DNA of 63,996 bases, filler included, from Gonapodya sp. JEL0774 (Eukaryota), in NCBI GenBank assembly GCA_027604505.1. It is 14 parts of 14 records of this genome, joined end to end, with 100 filler letters (N's around TTAATTAATTAA, not from the genome) between each part and the next. Parts side by side here need not be neighbours in the genome. Positions count along the whole stretch, not along the records: positions 9,288 to 13,829 come from JADIIX010000928.1; positions 13,930 to 18,470 come from JADIIX010000929.1; positions 18,571 to 23,108 come from JADIIX010000930.1; positions 23,209 to 27,743 come from JADIIX010000931.1; 10 more parts are not named here. One strand, 5' to 3'. The position numbers and the translations under genes are program-made. Shown piece by piece: positions 12,314 through 23,377 of the stretch. A model generated the notes under the pieces. The model did not search any database. It was not told the origin of the DNA and was given only the letters and a program-made list of their open reading frames with translations. Numbering within the stretch: position 1 is the first letter of the stretch; each line of letters begins with the position of its first letter.

Positions 12314-13929
12314 CACGGATGACAGGCGGGGTCGTTTGCCTGGGGAAAAAATCGGGGGATACCACACAACTTTCACCATCCAAGTAAGAGGTATCACGTT
12401 AACATCATCACTACACACTCACCTCTTTCCCCTGAAGCTTGTTCTGACGAGTCCCTGCGACCGCGCTTCCCCAGCAGCGTTGCCGCAGGTTCCTGGTCGC
12501 GGTCCGTTGCGTGCGCGGGGAGGATCGCGAGGCGCACGGGCGGTGCGGGCAATTGCGGTTGGCCAGGGGTTGTGGGGTAGAGTTTGATCCTTTTGAAGAG
12601 CGGTTTCGGAGACAGCACTTCAGAGCAACCTCACTATGAACACCTTAAGACAGCCCGAGCTCGACGCTCTCAATCCAGAAGAAGTAGCACTCTGAGAGTG
12701 AAATCATTATGCGCATGCTCCAAATGTATCGCTTCTCCCTCCCCGCCTCAGCTCGCCATTCCCTTAAATTTGCTGGGATGCCCACTCACACAATCGTATC
12801 TCCATCCCTGATAAGTCCTCCAACTTGTGCTCCGGGAAGAAGTTGAAAATCTTCGATCAAGAGCGCGAGGTCGAATGGAGCATTGGAAGGAAGCTGGGGT
12901 AGTCCGAGGTCTTGGGCTATTCGAGAAGCGAGTGACGATACGGGCTGCCTGTCTGCACGAGGAGGAACTCAAACAAATGAAGGGAGCGAGCATGCATTGA
13001 TGGCGGTATAAACGGGAATCGCAGGAACGCGATGACGTTTATGATGGAAATGCTGCGGATGCCGTTTCTTCACCTTCTTCTGTCCCCAAACTCACCGTCA
13101 TCGATAAAGTACAGACACCGATACTCCACGGGTCGAAGAGGGGGTTCCACGATTAGTCTGATCCGCATGGCTCGTGGCCTGCCAGACTACAAATTACGGC
13201 TGTGTGGGGTTTTTGGGTCGAACACTTCACGAAGTGATCCACCATTACATAGTTGTTGAACAAAACGTTTTTATTGGACTACCTCTATGCCATCCATGAT
13301 CTGCTCTTGTATACCACAGTGAACTCAGTGCAGACCGTAGAGGACATTCCTACCATCAACCACGGCAGACTGGCGACCAGAGATGAGCCATGAACTCTAA
13401 TGTAACTGAGGTGATTACACTGCAGCTCACTGGTTGTAAGATTGATGGGAAGGTGATCGTGACGCTGGTAACATCACACTAACCCGAGGGTTGGCTTCGT
13501 GAGCATATCTGCCTGACACCACCTCGCGGCACACCCATCACATCGCCAATGTGAAGCCTGGTAATGGAATTGATTCCACCAATTCCGACACTTTGCGTAA
13601 AGGAATTTATTAAGGAAACTCTACATCCTGGCCGCTGTAAGTTGTTTGACCAGTCGTGATCGGTTATAGATCTGATTCTCGACATTGCTAGGAAACGAAA
13701 AAAGTGATGGAGACTTTTCCACGTGCAATGAGTCGTATTACATCGTGTTACGGATTTCGGAATGTGTTAGTGGCATGCTCTTTCGACTGTCAACAAGGGG
13801 TAGTGCGCAGAGTCATCCGTTCACAGCGGNNNNNNNNNNNNNNNNNNNNNNNNNNNNNNNNNNNNNNNNNNNNTTAATTAATTAANNNNNNNNNNNNNNN
13901 NNNNNNNNNNNNNNNNNNNNNNNNNNNNN

Positions 13930-16734
13930 TTGCTCCGTCGGCTCCGATTCCGTTCCCTGCACAATCGACCATGCCACCGAGTCACATGCCACAAAAGTCG
14001 GCTGATTCAACTCACAGTAGAGATCCAAATAAGTGAGGCTGGTCAGGCCCTTGAGCCCTTCACCAAGGGCCCTTGCTCCGTCGTCTCCGATCCAGTTCCC
14101 TGTGGAACCGAACACCTTATTATGAGACACTCGAACGTACAAAGAGGTGAACCTCACGTTGCACATCAAGGTACTGCAAGCCGGTCATTGACCGAAAAGC
14201 ACCAGCAATTTCAACCATGCCAGTGGGTCCCATTTCAAGTCCTGTGCGAAATTGAAGGAAGCGATCAGTGAAATATTCTCCGAGCGTCAATGGCGCAGTT
14301 TGTTTGACCTGCGAGGTTGAGTTTCTGCAAATTCTGCAGATTGGATATGGCATTCGCGAGAAAGGCTACACCCGATTTCTTAAAGATGTTATCTATCAAA
14401 TTCCACACCATGAACAAATAAGAATATGCAAATCAATAGATGTCATTATTGTACTCAACATGCAACGCTCAAGTGAGTAAGGCTTTGCAGCTTATGGAAG
14501 AAAGGGATCATTGCCCTCATATTCTCTTCAGTCAACCCAATGCCTTGCAAAGGAAGGGATAATGCTGGGTAAAGTACATAGGCAGGGATGACACGGAAGG
14601 GCTACCTGCAAGATTAAGTAGCTGAAGATGTTCTTTGCCATGAAATATCTCTGGTAGCTCTGGGAGGTCCCCAATGCCAGAGTTGCCTAGGAACAACTCT
14701 TTGAGAAACGACAAGGACCACAACATAAGCCACACTCACGAGAGATTTCCAAGAGCATCAATTTGCTGCACTCGACAAGGGCATGGGCAATTGATTCCAG
14801 GACCTCCCGATTGATATCTGGACATACACAGCGAGTTGCGGACCCACGATTCATGCAGCAGGGTCTCACCTCTCAACCAGATGTGGGTGAGGTCTGGATC
14901 CTCTACAGCAAAGGCGCCTTCCAATTGGTCTATGTCCGTGGTGCTTAATGATTTGCCTGAAAGTGGTCATGACATACAAAGGTTAATACTATAGAACATA
15001 AGTTACGTTTCAACAAACCTTGCAAGAATACTTTGGAAGTATTATTTCGCGCAAGTGGGATGACCGCCATTGCAACAGAGAGATCAAATAGATTCGATGG
15101 AATCGAGCCTGCTTTGCCGGTTCGCAAGTTTCTAACACGGCAAATTGCTTGTTCTTTGTCCCATTGGAGAACTTGGACTGATAGTGATAATTGCCTGTAT
15201 CAGCATCTCTCCGCAGACAAAAGGACAGACTCACCCTCGTCGCCCGCGCGTATTTCAATCTCCTTTCGGGCCCGTGGAAGGTGTGTCAATCTGAGATTTG
15301 GCAAAATCTTATGAGTGCGGTTCGCGACAGCAAAATGAGGGACCTCTCAAGATTAACCTTGCCCGGAGTGTCCATCCTCCGAGACTGGCAAAGCACTCGG
15401 CGTCCATTGCCTTGAGCTCGTCAACGCGATCTTTGTCTATAGATTCATCTGAAAACCAGTATTCGAGTGTTCCGTTAGATGGAGGGTCTGTGTTTGCAGC
15501 ACGTGAGGGCATATGTAAGTGACTTCTTGAAACCAACAGGGCAAAAGAAAACGGAAAAAGAATCCGACCTTGACTATTCTCGCTCGGTGGCGTAGACTCG
15601 GGGCTGGGGATGACGAAGCAGCATTAAAAAATTGTCATAATACGATGACAGGAGTCAGCAACGATGACAGGAGTCAGCAACGATGACAGGAGTCAGCAGC
15701 GAGGGCACCGCTGCCGGGCCAAAGTACTCACGCGAATGGCCGTAGCGTCCTCACGATGTCAGCAAACGATGGACGCCTGTTGGGATCTCCATCCCAGCAC
15801 TGTTGCATGAGGGTGACCAGCTCCGGAGAGACGTCTTCCAAACAGGACACATCGGGTCGCTTGTTGTCAACAATCGCTTGCGCGATCTCGTTACGAGTCT
15901 TGTAGCCTTCAAACGGTTTCTTGCCGGCTAAGATCTAACACTCACATATGAGCTCCTATCAGGTGGTTGCTACGCGAAAAACTCACTGAGTACATGGTCA
16001 TGCCATATGCAAACACATCTCCAGCCTTGCTTGTTGGGTCCCCATAAAATCTTTCAGGCGGCATATATGCAGATGTCCCAACCCGACCACCTTCCGTGTT
16101 GTCAAAGTTTCCTGCTTTCACAGACCCAAAGTCAGCAATTCGAGCATTTCCACTGTCATCAACCATCACATTTCCGGACTTCAAGTCTGCGTGGGCAATT
16201 TCCTGTGAGTGGAGATACTCCATCCCAAGGGCTATGCCGATAACCTGCGAATGAGAACTTTCGGGCCCGATGACGATGCGCCAAGTAATGGGAAAGAATA
16301 CTCACGAGTTTCATCTTGTCGGCACCTTCCTTCTCAAGGTACTTTGCACAATCCCCGTTTTTCATGTAAGGAGACGCCATGAAAAAGCAATTTCGATCCA
16401 CGCCATTCCACTTCCACGATTTGTAGCCAGCGCCATAGAGCGGGACCACGTTGGGATGGTCTTTCAGCTTCCACCAGGCAGAAGCTTCACGATGAAAAGC
16501 TTGCAGGTGCTTAGGGATATCTGGGTTGGCAAACTTTGGATCCAGGACCTTGATGGCAGCTGAGATACCACGAAGTTCACCCAGGTAAACTCTGCTGTAA
16601 GCCCCTTCACCGACGAAGTATTCTGGACACTTGACCAGCCTCGACTCTTTGAACCACGGCTCCGCCTCGATCCGGATACTATTCCGCCCCGGTATGGCCC
16701 CTATTGATTCCCGGCCCTGCGATGCGGCGAGCAT
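13930..16734 (-). CDS. TKL-type protein kinase - SH3 - RI-like LRR protein (multi-exon, 3' truncated by contig end)
   Basis: Kinase motifs VGEGAYSRVY, AAIKVL, HPNVVPLYG, HADLKSGN, IADFG, GTSAYMPPE, DVFAYG, QCWDGDPKRRPSF. SH3-like THLPRARKEIEIRAGDE|VQVLQWDKEQAICRVRNLRTGKAGSIPSNLF. LRR exons such as GNWIGDDGARALGEGLKGLTSLTYLDL. The kinase is followed by a GT donor rather than a stop. Confidence 0.75.
15642..15698. repeat. 3 x 19-bp perfect tandem repeat (ACGATGACAGGAGTCAGCA) inside an intron of the kinase gene
   Basis: Units at 15642-15660, 15661-15679 and 15680-15698, read directly. Confidence 0.95.
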
Positions 16735-16949
16735 TCGGAGTGACGTGAAGATGTTGGAGAGGGTGGTCAAACAGCGGGAAAAGTTTTTGCCGAAGGGCTG
16801 CTGAGACCTGTTGGAATACAGCCGACAAAGTATCTGGCACGGCAAAGACGAAATACGATCTTTTAAATAGCTGTACTATACTGTACTACATAGCCTTATC
16901 TACGTATACAATACGCGTCTCTACGTGATTCCAATTCCCTTCCTGCACG

Positions 16950-17372
16950 CTCAAGCCATCCTTATCCTCCAACTCTACAACGAGGCACCAACCAAACTAC
17001 TTCTGCTGTGAGTAGGAAGGAGCGGGAGGGGTCTTCCTTCCATGGTCCCCCCCCTTTCCCTTCCGTCCCATCCTCACGTCTCCCCTCATCCTCACCGCTT
17101 CTCCTTTTCACCTCGTTACTCGCACGTGCGCGCACATGCACACGCCCACAATTGACATTAGTGAAGCGGGCGCCAAGGTCCTAGCCGAGGCACTCAAGGC
17201 CAACAAAACATTGATCTCCCTCAAGGTCAGTCGTGAGTAGTATGGGAGAGGGCTCTCCTAGTCCTCCCTTCCCCTTTCGTTCCATCCTCGCCTCGCCACT
17301 TCCTTGCCTTCATCCTCACCACTCTGTTTTTCGCCTAACGCACACGCACACGAGCAGATAACAACATCGGCT
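16950..17372 (+). pseudogene. Decayed RI-like LRR gene fragment interrupted by a transposon
   Basis: Exon IDISEAGAKVLAEALKANKTLISLKVS (~17149-17232) has no AG acceptor at the expected position; the next exon starts (H)NNIG at 17358 and is cut off by the hAT terminus; the two flanking introns resemble each other. Confidence 0.65.
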
Positions 17373-18470
17373 CACGCCATGACGAGCAGCTCGAAAGATC
17401 GGGCTCGCTCGATGCTCGCCGAGCCGAGCGCGATCTCGAGCTTTAGATTTTAGCATCGAGCATTTTGTATTCGAGCTCGAGCCGAGCTCGAGCATTGGTA
17501 CACTCGAGCTCGATCCTTTGGGTTCGGCTCGCGAGCAATGCTCGAAGTGGACCAGCCACACAAATACATAATCAACCGACTCTCTTTCACGCCCACACCG
17601 GAAATCCATTTGTCACAACACAACGTCAAAATACAGAAAATGAGTGATATCTCTGATGATGATCCGATGATTGGGTCTTCTGGCCCCGCAGGCCCTTCCG
17701 ATCCATCCGGAGCAGGGGGACAGTCCTCGGGATCACTTGCTGGCCAACCATCCATCACATCAGAGCGACATGAGAATGGAAAATACGGAGAACATTTTCA
17801 AAACTGGATAGGAGGTGAGGTGGGAAGGATTGCTGAGGCAGGAGAGACGTACACCCATCATTGGTGTGTTCACTGTCAGTGAGTGAACTCGTTCTTTTGC
17901 GCAACACAGCAGCCAGCAGAAATCACCGCTCGTTTTTCTTGCAGCAAAACCCTTCTGAAAACGGAGTCCTCCGCCACTACAAATCGGAGACGGCATCTGA
18001 AGACATTCCACCCAACCCTCCCCTCCGTTCGCAAACTTTTGAGACTTGAGGAATCTGTCGACGGGCAACAGCCCCTATCAGCATTCTTTCCAATTGGTAC
18101 ACAGCTGGCAAACGTGTGGAAAGTCCCTGTGCCGGTGAGTTGTGGCAAAGTCTTGCTTCAGCAGAACTCTCGATCACAACTGCTCCCCAAACCCTTTGTG
18201 ACAGGAATACACCACAGATACTTTCTATAAGGAACTTGCTAAGCTTGTTGCTGTCAATAGCCTCCCTTATTCTATTGCAGATTCCCTCCAGTTTTGGCTC
18301 TTTGTCCGGATGTTGCGACCATCCATCCTTCCCTTCAGCTCAAAGGGGGTGAAATTGTGTGTCGATAGGGAGTTTAAAGTCGAACAAAAGAAGATAATTG
18401 ATGAGATTCAAGTGAGTTCTTTCCGGTAAGCTTTTAGAGAAACACTTCGCAACCAAACCCATTTTTCACA
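17373..18470 (+). mobile_element. hAT-family DNA transposon, left end plus 5' part of the transposase (ATG 17640)
   Basis: Dense GCTCG/CGAGC subterminal motifs at 17385-17545; BED finger HHWCVHC|...TTNRRRHLKTFHP; hAT-like segment FYKELAKLVAVNSLPYSIADSLQFWLFVRMLRP. Exact left boundary inferred. Confidence 0.8.
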
Positions 18471-18885
18471 NNNNNNNNNNNNNNNNNNNNNNNNNNNNNN
18501 NNNNNNNNNNNNNNTTAATTAATTAANNNNNNNNNNNNNNNNNNNNNNNNNNNNNNNNNNNNNNNNNNNNGGTGCGGCAAATGAATTCAAGATCCGTTTC
18601 CTTCTTGGGAGAGCTTGTGTTGTTTGAAGCGGCAATGACCAAGTGACATTCACACATGTTTAGTCAATCGCCTGATGTAGGGCACAGCTGATGAGGACAT
18701 CAGCTTGATGTGATGGGGGGAGTGTGACGGAACGGGTCTATGTGTGAGGGTTTAGCCGCGCCGAGTAGATAGCAAATATATTCTACACCTCGAACAGCAT
18801 CATACACTCCCGCCCCTTCGATCCATCCCGTGCAGTCCTCCACAACCCCCCTTCAAGAGCGGCGACTGACCTCAAACATATTGCC

Positions 18886-19620
18886 ATGCCGTCAGAGGCC
18901 ACCCCAGGGGAGAGCGCATCAATGATCTCCAGTCCACTGGAGGAGGTCGTCCCCTGGCGGATCCAGTCCACTCTCAAGAAAATTGAGAGCATGGTGAAGC
19001 ACTCGATGACACTCAACAAGTCATTGAGTGTGAACCTCGCAAAAGCACGGGACAGCATTGCAGCGCTTGAGGAGAGCATTTCCCAGGTGGAAGTGGGGAG
19101 CCATGACAAAGGGATGGGCAAGCAGTCACTGGCAGAAACGCCACCGTGAGGAGATGTTTGGCCTCAAGCAGAGGCAGAAGGTATTGGCCGGGGAGTGAAT
19201 GGACGCAATGTGCTATGGGCTGCCCCCTGGCCCACAGTGGACAGCCCTCAAGAGCCCAGGAGTGCGGACAAAGAAACCCCGGACAGTGCAACCATTGACT
19301 GACATGATTACTGGAAAGGACCAAGCCGTCAAGCTGTTTGAAGAGGCACTGACAAAAGCAATTGGGGATGCGCTTGAGTGGTTTGCGAAGACGATGGTGA
19401 ACTTGAGGAGGGTATCTGTCAAGTCGGCGAAAGAGTTCAAGATGCTGAGTATGTTTGGAAATGAACAAAAAACAACAATGAACAATATCATGAAAGCCGA
19501 CAAAGTTGGCAACCTCTGCTACGATGTGGATATGGACGATTGGATGCTCGAATGAAGGAAGTTGCCCAAGTCGAGGGAAGCAAAAGTAATGTCCAGGGAG
19601 TACAAGGCCCTGGTTACTTG
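18886..19620 (+). pseudogene. Disrupted ORF relic of unknown family (possibly transposon-derived)
   Basis: Coiled-coil-like ORF 18886-19149 and ORF 19199-19555 lie in different frames and both end in TGA codons compatible with CGA>TGA decay. Confidence 0.35.
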
Positions 19621-19859
19621 ACTGCGCTATTGTGGATTCAAGGACTGAAACTTGAGAGGGAGTGAAAGTGGAGGGAGGAGACGAGGTCAAGGCAGAACAA
19701 CTGCTCCTCCGCCTCTCTTATTTGAAATCTATTCGCTCAATCTATCACCGCTAACATTGCGGCAGTGTTGGAGGCAAAGGCTGGTGCGGAGGCGGCTGGG
19801 GGGGGGGGGGGGGTGGGGAAGGGGAAGGGGAAGGGGAAGGGGAGGGGGAGAGACCCCAG

Positions 19860-20280
19860 GACCAGGCCATATGGGAGATGGAGGAGGCTGAACGGTGGTA
19901 CACCAAAGCTGGGGGGAGGGGGATGGAGAGTGAGTTTGGTTTGTTTCTTTTGGTGGGCTGGGGGTGGTTGGCGGTTGGCTGGTGGCGGAACAAGGCATGG
20001 CGTGTAGGGGGAGACATGAGTCAGAGGTTGGTGGGTCACGCTCGGTGCAGTGCCGGGGGATGCTTACACGCGACTCAACCCGGGTGGGACTGTGCGACTG
20101 TGGACGGTACACTCAGCCCACAGACGGTAAACAGTATACAGTGGCTGTGCGTGGTCCGGTGGCGGAGGGCAGACAGCAGAGAGCCCAAGGGGGCCCAGCA
20201 GCGTCAGGGATGGCAGCTGCAGCACCGTCCGGGGGTGGTGGTGCTGTTCGTGAGGCCTGCGCGCACTTGTGACTCGTGAC
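19860..20280 (+). pseudogene. Possible degenerate Sel1-like repeat relic in G-rich sequence
   Basis: Fragments MEEAERWYTKAG, AEQG and VRWRRA..REPKGAQQRQGWQLQH resemble the Sel1 consensus (A..WY.KAAEQG...AQ..LG) but lie in different frames. Confidence 0.3.
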
Positions 20281-22900
20281 TCACCATGGGTACTGCAACA
20301 CCTACCCCAACCCCCCACCACCCCTCCCACCTCCCTCGCAACCAACAGAATCACACGTCAATCTCTGTAACCTGCGTGCAAATCTGGACGCAAAGCAGAG
20401 GAAGGGGGAGGCAGAGTGGTGGAAGCGGGAGTGGGGTGGGAGGGGGGTGTGAGAAAGGGAGCAGGGGATTGGAGGGAAGGAGGAGAGGAGAGGATGAACG
20501 TGCTTGGATGGGATGGGGGTATGGGTTTGGTTGAGCAGGTCACATGGCAGTTGGATGTGGGCCATGGGGTACGCATGCACAGCACGGTGCGGGTGCAACA
20601 CATAGCCAAACTTGTTTGGTGTTGGGACTCAGGTGATGCGTGGTGCGTGTTGCAGGGCATACAAGAAAGGTGCGCACACCAGGCACAAGGATACAGGATC
20701 AGTTGACGGTGTGGTGAGGTGGGAGGTGTCGCGTGCTTGGGAGAGGGGGTCGGTTGTGGCTTGTGGCAAGTGCAGGAAGCAGGGTCGGGGGCATTGGGTT
20801 CGGTGTGGGGAAGGGAACTTGACAGGACAAGGCATGGAGCAACCACTCCTCACGTCTCTCCGTGCAGTGTGCACTCGTATCACTTTGTTGTGGGGGTGCG
20901 GAGTACAGCCAATAGGACTGTTGGAACTGGGTGGTGGGTGGTGTCTGTGGTGCCATGCTTCAGACCACGTGACACAACACGACACCCCTTGGTACACAGC
21001 AGACAGGCGGTGCCCGGTGCACACCGAAGCGGCAGGTCGGTCTGCCCCTTCCCCTGCGCGGCGCCGCGGTGGTGAGAGATGGTGGTTTCACACGGGCAGT
21101 GAGTTACCGACAAGCTTTGAGGTGTAGGTCAAGCTCGGGCTATCTGATGTGTATTGATTTACTGTTCAAGGAGAGTAAGAGATGGAGGAACCAACTGAGT
21201 GACTTGCAAGAACCACGCACTGTGCAACACCTAAGAAGCGCATGAAACACTGGTGAGATGAACGTGGTGAAGTCTCATTCGCAACTGAGTCAATCAGCAC
21301 AAGACATACTCAGGGTAACAGGAGCATTGTTTGGCTCCGGCTTAGGGAGCGAGATTTTCTATTGCAAACTTTTACGCTGGGTTCTAAAAATGAACTTATG
21401 CAAACACAAGGGAGCGTGTGGATCATCCAACTGGACCCTTCAAATTGGGATCCCCTGCTTCCACTTACTTGAGTGAATACAACGCCAATCCAACTGAGAC
21501 ATCTCGCATCCGCATCTCCACATCACCCTCTTCTTGCGTTTATCTGGATTGTCAACGCAGGCTCCTGGGACTCCTTGCAAATCTGTGAAAGCTCTCCCCA
21601 AACCTGACCATTCCGACAAAACTCACAATTGAACTATTCACAACAAACTTACCAGACAGGAAAATGACTGCAATCAAATACGACGTGAAAACACTCACAA
21701 ACATATCTCGAAATGGTGATCCAAAGGACCCCTGTACCGTGACCGCAAAAAAAACTACTTGAACTGGTGCACAACCAAGCTGTTCTTAGTCCAAACAAAG
21801 ACTCATGGGCTTCAGGAAGAGGTTCAGAGGAACAGAAGTATGCAATTGAAGGTAGCAGACCCTCTGATGTGTGATGACACATGATGGAGAAGCTTGAGAT
21901 GTCCTTACTTTCTACCATGCAACAGGACAATGTTATGAGGTTTCTGCATCCACCAGCTGGCTCCACTGACTGCTCCCAAAACTCACCGGTACCACTTCAG
22001 CCCCACCCCCCACTCTCCTTGACATTGTATCTGAGGCGCTGACGTAATCAAAGTTCGAGGAACACCGACAACTTGCGGCGGAGTGCTTCCCAGTTTTCGC
22101 GTGGCAGCTCAAAAAAAAGATATGATGCTGCTCCTGAAATCCTCAACAACATCTGCAACGGAAGCGATGAGAACTTAGGTGGCACTCCTAGGGCAGAACC
22201 ACAAAGACATTGCTCGCGAGAGTACTTTGTTTGAGAAAGACTTTGCCCCGTCCTGGAAACTTACAGCAAAGACCATGTCAAACCTTGCCCCAACTGCCCC
22301 TCCTGCTGCAAGCTCATCCACCACAACAGCCCCAACAAGAGCCACAGCCACCCCAACGATAGGTGATGCCGACTTCAATGCTATTTTGGGATGCCTAACA
22401 AGAAAGAAGGTGCAACCAGAGTCAGAATCAGTGTTGTGGAGTCCAATGCAACTGCCTGTTGCAAATGCACACACCCTTGTGCAAAACTTGAGACATTTGG
22501 TGGAGGGCCACCGGAAACACTGAAATGATGGCGTAGAAGGCATGGTTGCCATTACTATGGCCTCTGCTCTGCAACACCTTGTGTCGTGGCTGTGCCCAGA
22601 CTTTCACCTGTCAAGTTTTTACAACCACAGCTTCCTTATCTGTTGGAATGTGTGACCTGTCTGCAAATCAAAGGATGCAGTTTATACAAACCTCAGGTTT
22701 GTGTTGAACCAGAAAAATTATTTTATACGATTTTGGTTGCTGACATCTATCATGCCCAAACGAAAATGCTCTGTTACTACAAGAGCTACGCACAACACAA
22801 GACATGACGATATGTCAGAAAACTACCACCAAAGATGCCTAGCCTACAACTTCTCACATGCCTCGCGTCAACTACGAGAAGTCATCAAGGATAACGTTCC

Positions 22901-23076
22901 TACCCGACCCGTCTGCTACCCGGACCCGGTCCGGCCCGATTCCGTTCGGGTCGGGTATTTGAAGGCCAAAATGTTACCCGACCCGGCCGGGTCGGGTCGG
23001 GTCTGGTCCGGGTAGCAGAAGGGTCGGGTCGGGTCCGCTCAGGACCCGACCCGGCCCGACCCTGGCTCACGCACTT
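22901..23076. mobile_element. Putative hAT-like terminus or MITE: ACCCG/CGGGT subterminal array
   Basis: Many ACCCGA/TCGGGT motifs; 25-bp inverted repeat 22902-22926 vs 23005-23029 (1 mismatch); end reads AAGTGCGTGAGC on the minus strand, 8/12 identical to the TAGGGCATGTGC termini. Confidence 0.6.
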
Positions 23077-23377
23077 GCCGAATTCGCCTCGACTTACCAT
23101 ATCAGCTTNNNNNNNNNNNNNNNNNNNNNNNNNNNNNNNNNNNNNNNNNNNNTTAATTAATTAANNNNNNNNNNNNNNNNNNNNNNNNNNNNNNNNNNNN
23201 NNNNNNNNAAAACTGCACTCTTCTTGTTCGCCAAGACCCCAGAAGTGTCCCCGGAAATGTCAGGTTTCAGGGGCCACTGTTGCGACCGCAGGCCGTCCCC
23301 AGCAGTCCCTGTCATAAATCGCCAGCCCAAGAGTATCAGACAAGTTGTGAGCACGAACTAAAAGAGCAACTGTCGTC

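Noticed and set aside
12636..13157. Reading frame continuing through an in-frame TGA (..GASMH*WRYKRESQ..) as a possible selenoprotein, since some early-diverging fungi use Sec
   Set aside because: No redox motif (CxxU/UxxC), no recognisable selenoprotein family and no SECIS identified by eye; more likely a real stop or non-coding sequence.
19790..21130. Many overlapping G/P-rich ORFs, poly-G and (GGGGAA)n runs
   Set aside because: Low-complexity GC-rich sequence gives spurious ORFs; the repeat is short, internal and not telomeric.
21500..22890. Possible Crypton/tyrosine-recombinase or retroelement coding relic
   Set aside because: Only weak fragments and no catalytic motif recovered; kept only as a CpG-depleted relic.
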